This document shows positions 40,355 to 49,253 of a stretch of DNA of 64,000 nt, piece by piece. The notes under the pieces were generated by a model that did no database searches, was not told the origin of the DNA, and saw nothing but the letters and a program-made list of their open reading frames with translations. The position numbers and the translations under genes were made by a program. Numbering within the stretch: position 1 is the first letter of the stretch; each line of letters begins with the position of its first letter. The stretch covers positions 1,888,001 to 1,952,000 of the forward strand of contig CAWDTA010000002.1 of NCBI GenBank assembly GCA_963805085.1, written 5' to 3'. Source of the DNA: an uncultured Veillonellaceae bacterium. GTDB taxonomy: Bacteria; Bacillota; Negativicutes; JARBTT01.

Positions 40355-43147
40355 TTAAACTCGAAATTTTATGATTTTTACGATGTAGCATACTTCATCA
40401 TCATTAATGTTGATATCATATTCCTTGGCTAGTACGTCAATGCTGGTGCGGACACGATCAAAGTCTGATTGATGGTCCTTTTTAAATGAATTAACATTTT
40501 CAAATAAAACAGCATCTTTATGAATACAGCGATCCAGCATACAGCCTGTGTGGACAATGAGATTTAGTATCAAATCTTCATCCTGGGGTACATAGCCAAT
40601 GCTATCAATGAATTTTTTTATATTAATGACAGCGAACTTTGGATTGATATACTTCACGTATTGTTCCAGCATATCTTTGGCTTTTTCATAAATAGTTTTT
40701 GTTGATTGATTCGCAGGTACTGCTTGCTTCCTATTGATATCTAGCAGATGAAGGAAATCTTTTTGGAAGCCTTTATCAAGAAGTTTATTGATGGGGAAAT
40801 AAGGTAAGTTTAAATCGGGATTTATATTGCCAACCACAGCGACTACGTTGTATTTTTGGTTCATTTCTTGTAACTTTTTCTTGGCATCGAGGTAATTCAC
40901 GACGATGATTTCTACTTGATCTTGGTAATTGTCTTTTAATAAATTTTCAAGAATATTTTTAGCAAGAATGCTAGAACCTTGACCAGTGACGCAAACCGAT
41001 AATATTGCTGTTTTGGTATTTTTAGCTGTAAGCGTATTTACTGGAGCTTCAGCAACTAGTGCATGATGTAAGGTATCAAGATCGTCGATTTTATATAAAA
41101 CATTACGGAGAACTTCAAGCACCAACGGGGTTGAAATATTATCAATGGTTTTTATTTTGATACCAGTATCGGCCATTAATTGTTCACCAAAATCTAAAAG
41201 GGAACCCATATCAACCAAGAGCATAACCCCTTTACCACGGTTGAGGGATATGACGGCGCTACGAACCTTGTTGTAGGTTTCGCTGATGGTTGCAGTGAGC
41301 GGCATGTCAATCGCTTTGCCCCATTCGGTATTAAGTAAAGCATTGGCAACATTGACGATACTGGAAGCCGTGGTATCGCCGTGACAGATGACAATCATGC
41401 CGATTTTTGCGTCATTGGGGGATTCGAGTTTGTTATGGGCAAGTAGTAGTGCGAGGAATCCTTTTTCGTCTTCGGGAATTATGACACCAAATTTCTCACT
41501 GAGCTTTTTGACCAGTTCCCTTGCCACCAGAAATTCCTCGGGATTTTCCCGTTTAATTTTTGATAAATGTTGATTTTGGATCACTTTGTCTTCTTCAATT
41601 CGTTTTAGCAAAGCTTGAATATGAAAGGATAAACCGAAAATAAATTTATTATTAAACTTTGTGGTTAATTGATGCTCAGCAAAATCAATCAAATCAGTAG
41701 TAACATCTACAATTTCCTTGGGGACTAACTTATAGAGCATAGTGATGTTGGCGCGCACGGTGTGGAAGTTTTTCATAATGTCACTAAAATAGTGAGATAC
41801 TTCACTTTTTAGTTCTTCATTAATGGTTTCATTACTCAGTCCTTGTGCTTTTAACGTATCTAATTTTTTTACGATTAATTCATAGATGTCATTTTTAACT
41901 TCAAACGGATAGTATTCATGCTCTTTTGTCGGAGAAATGATAATATTTTCCGAGAACATATTTAAATAATTTTTAATGCTGTTTTCTAGTTTTGCATAAT
42001 CAAATAATCCTTCACGAATTTCTTTTGTCAGCATTGGAAAATCAATATTGATTTCTTGATTATTTTGTAGGTGTTGTAAAAAAGCTTTGGCACATAAGAG
42101 TTTTATTTCGGAGCGTAATTGTCCAATGTTACCAACTTTAAAATCATAAATTGCTAGTGATTTTAATACTTCGGGGGCGAGTACAATTTGTTTATTCAGG
42201 TTAACCGCTTCACAGTAGAAAAAATGGTCAATAATTTCGATTTTTTCACTAATTGGTTTTTCAGCAAAGGTAGGCAGGGTAATCGTGACTGGAATACGAC
42301 GAATAAAAGTTGAGAGCAAAGCACCATTAGGTTCTTCGGTCGTGGCGGCAATGATGAGCAATTTGCTGGTTCTTTTTGCGCTGATTTCACCCAAACGATT
42401 ATATTCTCCCTTATCCATAAGGTAAAATAACATTTCTTGTCCATCTGGGGGCAGACGATGAATTTCATCTAAAAATAAGATGCCACCATTTGCCTTCTCG
42501 ACAAGACCAATTTTATCGCGGTCAGCACCAGTAAATGCATTTTTCACATGACCAAATAATTGTGATAACAATAGTTGTGGATTGTTGAAATAGTCAGCAC
42601 AGTTAAAGGTTACAAAAGGGAAATCATCGGGTTTTTTATTTTGCGCTAGCATACCATATTCATGCATTGCCGCGGCGAAGGTCGTTTTACCAACACCGCT
42701 TTCTCCGAGAATTAACGTATGAAGTCCTTTGGGGGGATAGACGATTGCGGCCTTCGCTTGGGCAATCTGATTGAGTAAACTACTATGATTGCCCAACAAG
42801 TGCATAAAGGGATCATCGATTGTTTCTTGTAGTATGGTCGATTCGAAGGCTGCTTTTAATTCACTGAATGAATAACTGTTTTTTCGTTCAAGGGGGTGTT
42901 TCTCTTGGATTGTCTCGATCATCCCATAGGTAAGAAAAGTAACGGGACGGCTATTGATTTTGATTAATCGATCGTCCTTCCACAGCTGATTCAAAATCGT
43001 ACTGGCATTATTTCGCACGATACCGAGTTCATTTTGAATCAAGGTTGCATCGATTCCAGGGTTATCATTTTGTTTCATCGCGTTCATGATGTCCTCATAA
43101 GAGAGTGTCTGTTCGATAAACTGCATAATCATGTCAATTTTTTTCAA
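40355..43147 (-). CDS. Sigma54-dependent PTS-regulated activator (LevR family: HTH-AAA+-PRD-EIIA-PRD)
   Basis: GESGVGKT, NAFTGA, LFLDEIHRL, CHGDTTASS, LLVDMGSL. Confidence 0.92.
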   Translation of the reverse strand: MKKIDMIMQFIEQTLSYEDIMNAMKQNDNPGIDATLIQNELGIVRNNASTILNQLWKDDRLIKINSRPVTFLTYGMIETIQEKHPLERKNSYSFSELKAAFESTILQETIDDPFMHLLGNHSSLLNQIAQAKAAIVYPPKGLHTLILGESGVGKTTFAAAMHEYGMLAQNKKPDDFPFVTFNCADYFNNPQLLLSQLFGHVKNAFTGADRDKIGLVEKANGGILFLDEIHRLPPDGQEMLFYLMDKGEYNRLGEISAKRTSKLLIIAATTEEPNGALLSTFIRRIPVTITLPTFAEKPISEKIEIIDHFFYCEAVNLNKQIVLAPEVLKSLAIYDFKVGNIGQLRSEIKLLCAKAFLQHLQNNQEINIDFPMLTKEIREGLFDYAKLENSIKNYLNMFSENIIISPTKEHEYYPFEVKNDIYELIVKKLDTLKAQGLSNETINEELKSEVSHYFSDIMKNFHTVRANITMLYKLVPKEIVDVTTDLIDFAEHQLTTKFNNKFIFGLSFHIQALLKRIEEDKVIQNQHLSKIKRENPEEFLVARELVKKLSEKFGVIIPEDEKGFLALLLAHNKLESPNDAKIGMIVICHGDTTASSIVNVANALLNTEWGKAIDMPLTATISETYNKVRSAVISLNRGKGVMLLVDMGSLLDFGEQLMADTGIKIKTIDNISTPLVLEVLRNVLYKIDDLDTLHHALVAEAPVNTLTAKNTKTAILSVCVTGQGSSILAKNILENLLKDNYQDQVEIIVVNYLDAKKKLQEMNQKYNVVAVVGNINPDLNLPYFPINKLLDKGFQKDFLHLLDINRKQAVPANQSTKTIYEKAKDMLEQYVKYINPKFAVINIKKFIDSIGYVPQDEDLILNLIVHTGCMLDRCIHKDAVLFENVNSFKKDHQSDFDRVRTSIDVLAKEYDININDDEVCYIVKIIKFRV

Positions 43148-43220
43148 TCAATATCACTCCATACATTTTGCTTGAGCTTCAGTAGTGCTTAATAAAGCAA
43201 GGAAAACTAGGATGAAAACT

Positions 43221-43480
43221 TTATACACTAGATCAATATAGTATTAAAATATTACAAAAAAATATAATTTGCAAGGGATTTGTTCTAAATGAATAAGAAT
43301 AGTACAATATAATCTAGGAGCTTTTAGACGCTAGAGAAACGTCAGGCAACTGAATTACGCACTGTCGTAGTTTTGGTAATGCAAGCAAAATAAAATTATG
43401 CACTAAGTTTTATTTTAATGGTACTGCATAATAAATTATTGCATTATCTGAAAATTCAAGCAATAATAACTTATGCACTA
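43221..43480 (+). promoter_or_regulatory. Repeated TTAYRCACTR boxes, candidate upstream activator sequences
   Basis: TTATACACTA 43221, TTACGCACTG 43355, TTATGCACTA 43396 and 43471. Confidence 0.55.
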
Positions 43481-43483
43481 GTT

Positions 43484-43498
43484 TGGCATGGAATTTGC
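43484..43498 (+). promoter_or_regulatory. Sigma54 -24/-12 promoter
   Basis: TGGCATGGAATTTGC with canonical GG-N10-GC spacing, next to a sigma54 activator gene. Confidence 0.85.
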
Positions 43499-43568
43499 GA
43501 TATAATAGGGCAAGGGATTAACCATCAAATAACAAAGCAAGTATATACAGATAAAGGAGGTGGCAATT

Positions 43569-44030
43569 ATGAGCGAATCACTTTTACATGACGAATTAGT
43601 TTTGTTAGATTGCAGTGCCAATGATAGTGAAGAACTATTAACAAAGTTAGCAGCAATCTTAAAAGAACAAGGCTATGTAAAAGATAGTTATACGCAAGCG
43701 ATTATCGATAGAGAAAAGGTTTTTCCTACAGGCTTAAATACACCTGGAGCGAAAGTGGTCATGCCACACACCGATCCAGTTCATGTAAATAAAGCAGCAA
43801 TTTTAGTTGCAAAGTTGAGGAATCCTGTGCTGTTCAAAGAGATGGGCAACAGTGGAAAATCGGTAGAGGCAAGTCTGGTATTTATGCTAGCCGTGACCGA
43901 TCCCAAAGGGCATTTAGCAACCTTGAGTAAACTGATGTCCATTTTCTCAGATGGGGAAAAACTACTAGGTTTATATAACGCAGAAACAAAAAACGAGATG
44001 ATCAATCAGTTGGATGAAATTTTAGCTTGA
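43569..44030 (+). CDS. PTS EIIA (galactitol type)
   Basis: REKVFPTGL...MPHTD. Confidence 0.92.
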   Translation: MSESLLHDELVLLDCSANDSEELLTKLAAILKEQGYVKDSYTQAIIDREKVFPTGLNTPGAKVVMPHTDPVHVNKAAILVAKLRNPVLFKEMGNSGKSVEASLVFMLAVTDPKGHLATLSKLMSIFSDGEKLLGLYNAETKNEMINQLDEILA

Positions 44031-44076
44031 TGCTTTGCGATAAAAGCTAAAATTTAAAATAAAAAAGGAGTGCTTT

Positions 44077-44361
44077 ATGATGAAAAAAATCTTTGTTGCT
44101 TGTGGTTCCGGCGTGGCAACCTCTCAGACCGTGGCATCTAAAATTGGTAATATGTGTGAAGATGAGGGGCTAAATGTATCAGTAGAAGCTGTGGATATCA
44201 AATCGTTAGAAAGTATTATTGATCAATGTGATATCTATGTGTCTATTGTATCAACCGGGGCTAATAACTGGAACATTCCAACTATCAGTGGAATTCCGTT
44301 CTTGACAGGGATGGGAATGGAGGAGGAATTTGAAAAGTTAAAACAATTTATAGCGCAGTAA
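44077..44361 (+). CDS. PTS EIIB (galactitol family)
   Basis: VACGSGVATS; GIPFLTG. Confidence 0.92.
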   Translation: MMKKIFVACGSGVATSQTVASKIGNMCEDEGLNVSVEAVDIKSLESIIDQCDIYVSIVSTGANNWNIPTISGIPFLTGMGMEEEFEKLKQFIAQ

Positions 44362-44515
44362 GTAAACTATGCAAAGTCGATTCAATAAAAAAAGAGCCTC
44401 CTAGCTCAATGAGCGAAGGAAGCCAAAAAGAAATTATACAAACTAATTATATCATATAAATACAAAATTTTTTAAATTTGATCTTACTAAAATTATATAG
44501 TTAGGAGATGGAAAA

Positions 44516-45862
44516 ATGGAAGCGATATTAAATTATATATTAGGTTTAGGCGCGGCAATTTTCTTACCTGTTATTATGATTGCCTTGGGTTTGGCAATGA
44601 AAATGAAAGTAAAAAGAGCGATTATTGCTGGCTTAACTTTAGGGATAGCCTTTACAGGGATGAACGTAGTTTTAGGATTTATGTTTGATGCGATTAGTCC
44701 TGCGGCTACGGCTTTGGTTCAAAGAACGGGGTTGCAATTAACCGCAATTGACGTTGGCTGGTCGCCAATGGCAGCGATTGCCTGGGCTTGGCCATATGCG
44801 CTGGTCCTATTCCCATTACAAATTATCATCAATTTAATTATGCTAGGGCTTAGATGGACCAACTGTTTAAACGTGGATTTGTGGAATGTATGGGGAAAAA
44901 TCTTCATTGCATCGATGGTTACGGCACTTACAGGAAGTTTACTCTTAGGTTTTTTTGCAGCAGCAGTACAGATTATTTTGGAATTAATCAATGCCGATCT
45001 TACACAAAAACAATTACAACATATCACGAAAATACCTGGAGTAACTTGTACGCATCCAATGGCTTTACAATGTGCATTCTTGGGATTGCTAAATAGGGGA
45101 TTGGATTTTATTCCTGGAGTTAATAAAGTCAATATGAATGCAGCCCAAATGAAAGAAAAGCTTGGTATTTTTGGTGAAAATAGTGTTATGGGCTTCTTGG
45201 TTGGTGGTCTCATCGCTTTCATGGGCGGGTACGAGGTGAAAAAAATATTAATCACTGCCATGCAAGTATCCACAGCACTTGTGTTATTCCCGATGGTTGC
45301 AAAGTTATTCATGCAAGCGTTAGCACCGATTGCTGATGCAACGAGTACTTTCATGAAGAGCAAATTTAAAGGTAGAGAATTCTATGTTGGTCTGGACTGG
45401 CCGTTCTTAGCTGGTCAATCAGAAATTTGGGTAACTGCCATTGTTTTAGTGCCAATTGAATTAATATTGGCTTTGGTAATGAGTCAAATGGGGATGAATA
45501 ATGTAATTCCGTTGGCTTCAATTATCAATGTTGTTGTAGCAGTTCCAGCGCTGATCATCACGGGCGGTAATTTATTCCGCATGATTATTATATCGACCAT
45601 TGCAACACCAGTTTACCTTGCTGTAGCAACTAGTTTCGCGCCGATGATTACTGAAATGGCAGCTACTACAGGTACGCTGCAAGTAAATGCTGGACAATTT
45701 ATCACTTGGATTCAATTGGAGGCACCAGAATTTAGATGGTCAATCGCACATGCGTTAAATGGGGAAATCGGTGGGATTGCAGCACTTGCAGCTTTTGCTG
45801 GAGCCTTTGTTTGGTACTACAAACATATGCAAAAAATTAACGCTGAACTAGATAATAAATAA
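44516..45862 (+). CDS. PTS EIIC (galactitol family)
   Basis: DVGWS, NVDLWN, GIFGE, YVGLDW. Confidence 0.92.
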   Translation: MEAILNYILGLGAAIFLPVIMIALGLAMKMKVKRAIIAGLTLGIAFTGMNVVLGFMFDAISPAATALVQRTGLQLTAIDVGWSPMAAIAWAWPYALVLFPLQIIINLIMLGLRWTNCLNVDLWNVWGKIFIASMVTALTGSLLLGFFAAAVQIILELINADLTQKQLQHITKIPGVTCTHPMALQCAFLGLLNRGLDFIPGVNKVNMNAAQMKEKLGIFGENSVMGFLVGGLIAFMGGYEVKKILITAMQVSTALVLFPMVAKLFMQALAPIADATSTFMKSKFKGREFYVGLDWPFLAGQSEIWVTAIVLVPIELILALVMSQMGMNNVIPLASIINVVVAVPALIITGGNLFRMIIISTIATPVYLAVATSFAPMITEMAATTGTLQVNAGQFITWIQLEAPEFRWSIAHALNGEIGGIAALAAFAGAFVWYYKHMQKINAELDNK

Positions 45863-45875
45863 TATCAGCCTTTAG

Positions 45876-46038
45876 ATAAACTATGGACAGACAGGCCGCG
45901 GGTCGGCGATAAGCACTCATCTGCGCCCTCCGACAAGGTGCTGCTCGTCGACGTACAAAAGTACGACTCCTTCAGAGCTCCTTGCCTAGCATCTGAGTAC
46001 TTCTCACCAACTGGCAGCCTATCTCCGTACTAGTTTAT
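45876..46038. repeat. GC-rich long imperfect hairpin element (MITE/REP-like)
   Basis: ATAAACTA...TAGTTTAT ends, nested AAGCACTCA/TGAGTACTT, CAAGG/CCTTG and apical CGTAC-AAAA-GTACG. Confidence 0.65.
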
Positions 46039-46158
46039 AAGTGGAACGGATTTAGATATTTTCTAAATCATCGACACAAATATTTTATTTTGTCGACAGC
46101 CTGTAATATATATATTGTTTTGTAAGATAAAAAATGTACATGAAATGGAGAGATTTAA

Positions 46159-46824
46159 ATGTTAGAAGAATTAAAACAACAAGTCGTAAAATATGCATTG
46201 AGTGCCGATCGTTCGGGATTGTGCAAACATAGAGCTGGTAACTTTAGTGCCCGAGATCCTAAGACTGGCTATGTGTGTATCACTCCTACGGGTGTAGATA
46301 GAGAAGAATTAAGTTATCATGATATTTGTGTAATTGATTTAGAGGCGAATGTAATTGAAGCAGAAACAGGGCTAAGACCGACCAGTGAATCTTTGATGCA
46401 TTTGGCGGCTTACAAATCTAGACCAGATATCAATGCAGTTGCGCATACGCATTCTCGCTATGCAACTTCGTTTGCAGTACTCAAAAAAGAAATTCCCGCG
46501 ATTGTCTATGAAGTAGCAGCACTTGGTTGTAAAAAAGGTTACATTCCATTGGCACAATATGGCCGTCCAGGTACACCAGAGCTTGCACAAAGTGTTGTGG
46601 AACCATTGCAAATTGCGGATGTTGCTTTAATGGAAAGTCATGGTGTTATCGCGGTAGACAAGGAGTTAAAAGAAGCATTGTTAAAAGCACATTATGTGGA
46701 AGAGTTAGCGGAAATTTACTATCGCACATTGATGATAAATGGTGGGAAAGAGCCACACACGGTGCCATTAGAAGAGTTGCAACAATGGGAATATCCGAAA
46801 GAGATTAAACTGTTGAAAAAATAA
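46159..46824 (+). CDS. Class II aldolase/epimerase (FucA/AraD family)
   Basis: AGNFS, PTSE, AHTHS, MESHG. Confidence 0.88.
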   Translation: MLEELKQQVVKYALSADRSGLCKHRAGNFSARDPKTGYVCITPTGVDREELSYHDICVIDLEANVIEAETGLRPTSESLMHLAAYKSRPDINAVAHTHSRYATSFAVLKKEIPAIVYEVAALGCKKGYIPLAQYGRPGTPELAQSVVEPLQIADVALMESHGVIAVDKELKEALLKAHYVEELAEIYYRTLMINGGKEPHTVPLEELQQWEYPKEIKLLKK

Positions 46825-46837
46825 TAGATTTGGAAGG

Positions 46838-47223
46838 CAGATAAGTTGCAACGAAAATCAGCAAGTCGGCAAAAGGCGAATCTGGGGCTAGTTATGATTC
46901 AAAGACCACAATGAAGGCTAAACTCCCTGCGGTCAGGCAAAAAGCCTTCAAAGCTAAGTAGTAGTAAGATTCGTCTGTATTGCCTTTGTTGAACGATTTT
47001 CTTATGCGACTTATCTTCCTTCTTAGTTGTAGTGAAAAACAGATAAGTTGCAACGAAAATCAGCAAGTCGGCAAAAGGCGAATCTGGGGCTAGTTATGAT
47101 TCAAAGACCACAATGAAGGCTAAACTCCCTGCGGTCAGACAGTGAGCCTTCAAAGCTAAGTGGTAGTAAGATTCATCTGTATTGCCTTTGTTGAAAAATT
47201 TTTCTTATGCAAATTATCTGTTT
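46838..47223. repeat. Two tandem copies (period 202 bp) of a ~180-nt self-complementary element
   Basis: 46838-47016 and 47040-47220 nearly identical; each folds end to end. Confidence 0.9.
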
Positions 47224-47300
47224 ATGGCTAAAGCTTAATGGCAAGGGCTTTACTCTTGTCCGCTATTTTTAGGAAAATAACAAGTGTGAGGAGAAGGAAA

Positions 47301-48305
47301 ATGAAAAAATTAATTAATAAACCGGAAGATTTTGCGCGGGAGACGGTTGAAGGGATCGTTTTGGCTCATCCGGAAAGTTTGAAAATGGTCAATGGAAGCT
47401 TTCATTGTTTGGTACGGGCGGATGAAAAGAAAGCTGGTAAGGTAGCGATTGCTACTGGTGGTGGTTCGGGGCATTTACCTGTATTTCTAGGCTATGTTGG
47501 TTATGGACTTGCCGATGGTGTAACGGTTGGTAATGTATTTGCATCGCCAAGTGCCCAGGCAATGCATGAAGTGGATAAAGCGATACATGCTGGGGCGGGT
47601 GTACTTCATCTTTATGGGCGTTATGGCGGCGATATCATGAATTTCGGTATGGCGGCGGATTTAGCCGAAATGGAAGATATCGAAGTAACGGAAGTTTTGG
47701 TAACCGATGATGTTGCTTCGGCGCCAAAAGGAAAAGAAGATAAACGGCGCGGGGTAGCGGGGCTGGTATTTGCTTATAAAGTAGCCGGTGCGGCAGCAGA
47801 AAAAATGCTTTCGTTAGCGGAAGTAACTAGAATAGCAAAAAAAACAGTAGATCATACCAGAACGATGGGCGTTGCTTTAACCCCTTGTATCGTACCGGAA
47901 GCTGGCAAAGCTACGTTTAGTATTCAGGAAGATGAAATGGAAATTGGGATGGGCATTCATGGTGAACCTGGGATCAATCGCACAAAATTGCAGTCGATTG
48001 ATGATGTTGTAACTGAAATTTTAAATAAAATTATCGAAGATTTACCGTATACTTCTGGTGATGAAGTAGCGATTTTAGTGAATGGTCTTGGTGGAACTCC
48101 GAAAGAAGAATTGTATCTTGCTTATCGCAAAGCACAGCAGATATTAACGAAAAAAGGAATCAAAATTCATCGCAAATATATTGGTGAATATGCGACTTCT
48201 CTTGAGATGGCTGGTATGTCGATTAGTTTATTGAAATTAGATAATGAATTAAAAGAGTTTGTCGATGCACCATGCTATTCGCCATTTTTTGAACAAACGC
48301 GTTAA
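47301..48305 (+). CDS. dhaK: Dihydroxyacetone kinase family subunit K
   Basis: GGGSGH.P, VFASPS, GMGIHGEPG, TSLEMAG. Confidence 0.88.
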   Translation: MKKLINKPEDFARETVEGIVLAHPESLKMVNGSFHCLVRADEKKAGKVAIATGGGSGHLPVFLGYVGYGLADGVTVGNVFASPSAQAMHEVDKAIHAGAGVLHLYGRYGGDIMNFGMAADLAEMEDIEVTEVLVTDDVASAPKGKEDKRRGVAGLVFAYKVAGAAAEKMLSLAEVTRIAKKTVDHTRTMGVALTPCIVPEAGKATFSIQEDEMEIGMGIHGEPGINRTKLQSIDDVVTEILNKIIEDLPYTSGDEVAILVNGLGGTPKEELYLAYRKAQQILTKKGIKIHRKYIGEYATSLEMAGMSISLLKLDNELKEFVDAPCYSPFFEQTR

Positions 48306-48320
48306 GAGGAGCGAGAATAA

Positions 48321-48953
48321 ATGGAAAAAATCACAAAAGAATCTTTAAAAGATATTTTGGGTAATATCGTAAAAATTATGGAAGCGGAAAAAGAATATCT
48401 GATCGAACTTGATAGTGCAATGGGCGATGGTGATTTAGGTCTTACTATGCATACAGGTTTCAATGCTGTTTATGCAGAAATTGATCAACTAGATGAAACA
48501 GATATGGGCAAACTATTTATGAAACTTGGTATGAAAATGAACTCGGTAGTTCCGTCTACTATGGGAACGCTCATTTCTACTTGTTTTGTAAAAGCGGCTC
48601 CAAAAGCAAAAGGTAAAACGGAACTGGCACTTTCTGATATCGTTGAAATGGGGCAGGCTGCGGTGCAGGGGGTTATGGAGCGCGGTAAAAGTAAAGTGGG
48701 TGATAAAACGATGCTTGATGCGCTAGCACCTGCTGTAGAAGCCTTAGGTGTGGCAGAAAAAGCTGGGCAGTCACTGGCTGAGGCTAATATAGCTGCCTAT
48801 CAAGCAACCATTGATGGTGTGGAAAAGACGAAAACAATGCAATCGGTACATGGGAGAGCGGCTTATTATAATGAAAAATCCATTGGTCATCCAGACTCTG
48901 GTGCAGTTGCCGTTATGTTTATCTTTAAAGGTATTCGTCAAAGTTTTGTATAA
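48321..48953 (+). CDS. dhaL: Dihydroxyacetone kinase family subunit L
   Basis: LDSAMGDGDLG, GDKTMLDAL, GRAAY, DSGA. Confidence 0.88.
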   Translation: MEKITKESLKDILGNIVKIMEAEKEYLIELDSAMGDGDLGLTMHTGFNAVYAEIDQLDETDMGKLFMKLGMKMNSVVPSTMGTLISTCFVKAAPKAKGKTELALSDIVEMGQAAVQGVMERGKSKVGDKTMLDALAPAVEALGVAEKAGQSLAEANIAAYQATIDGVEKTKTMQSVHGRAAYYNEKSIGHPDSGAVAVMFIFKGIRQSFV

Positions 48954-49253
48954 CTTAAAAAGCATTGACCGCTTGTACTTCGCAAAAGCTGAGGAGCAAG
49001 CGGTTTTTTTATCGTAGAAAACATTAGCGCCTCAGAGCTTTCATGCATAAAAAATAAAAAGTTGAATATGATAATTTTCGTGTATAGATTAAAGTAAGTA
49101 GAGGAGTATAAAATAGGTTTACAGTGAAATCTTAGAATTATAGATAAAAATATATTAGTCAATATAAATCAAATATATTATAATATAACATAGAGTAAAT
49201 ATTCACAATCTAATAATTGTGATATTGCATAAAATTATTAGGAGGCTTATCAA

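Noticed and set aside
46838-47223. Repeat considered as a CRISPR array
   Set aside because: Only two ~180-bp units, no repeat-spacer pattern, no cas genes.
47238-47300. N-terminal extension of DhaK in the ORF track
   Set aside because: SD and family start (MKKLIN) point to 47301.
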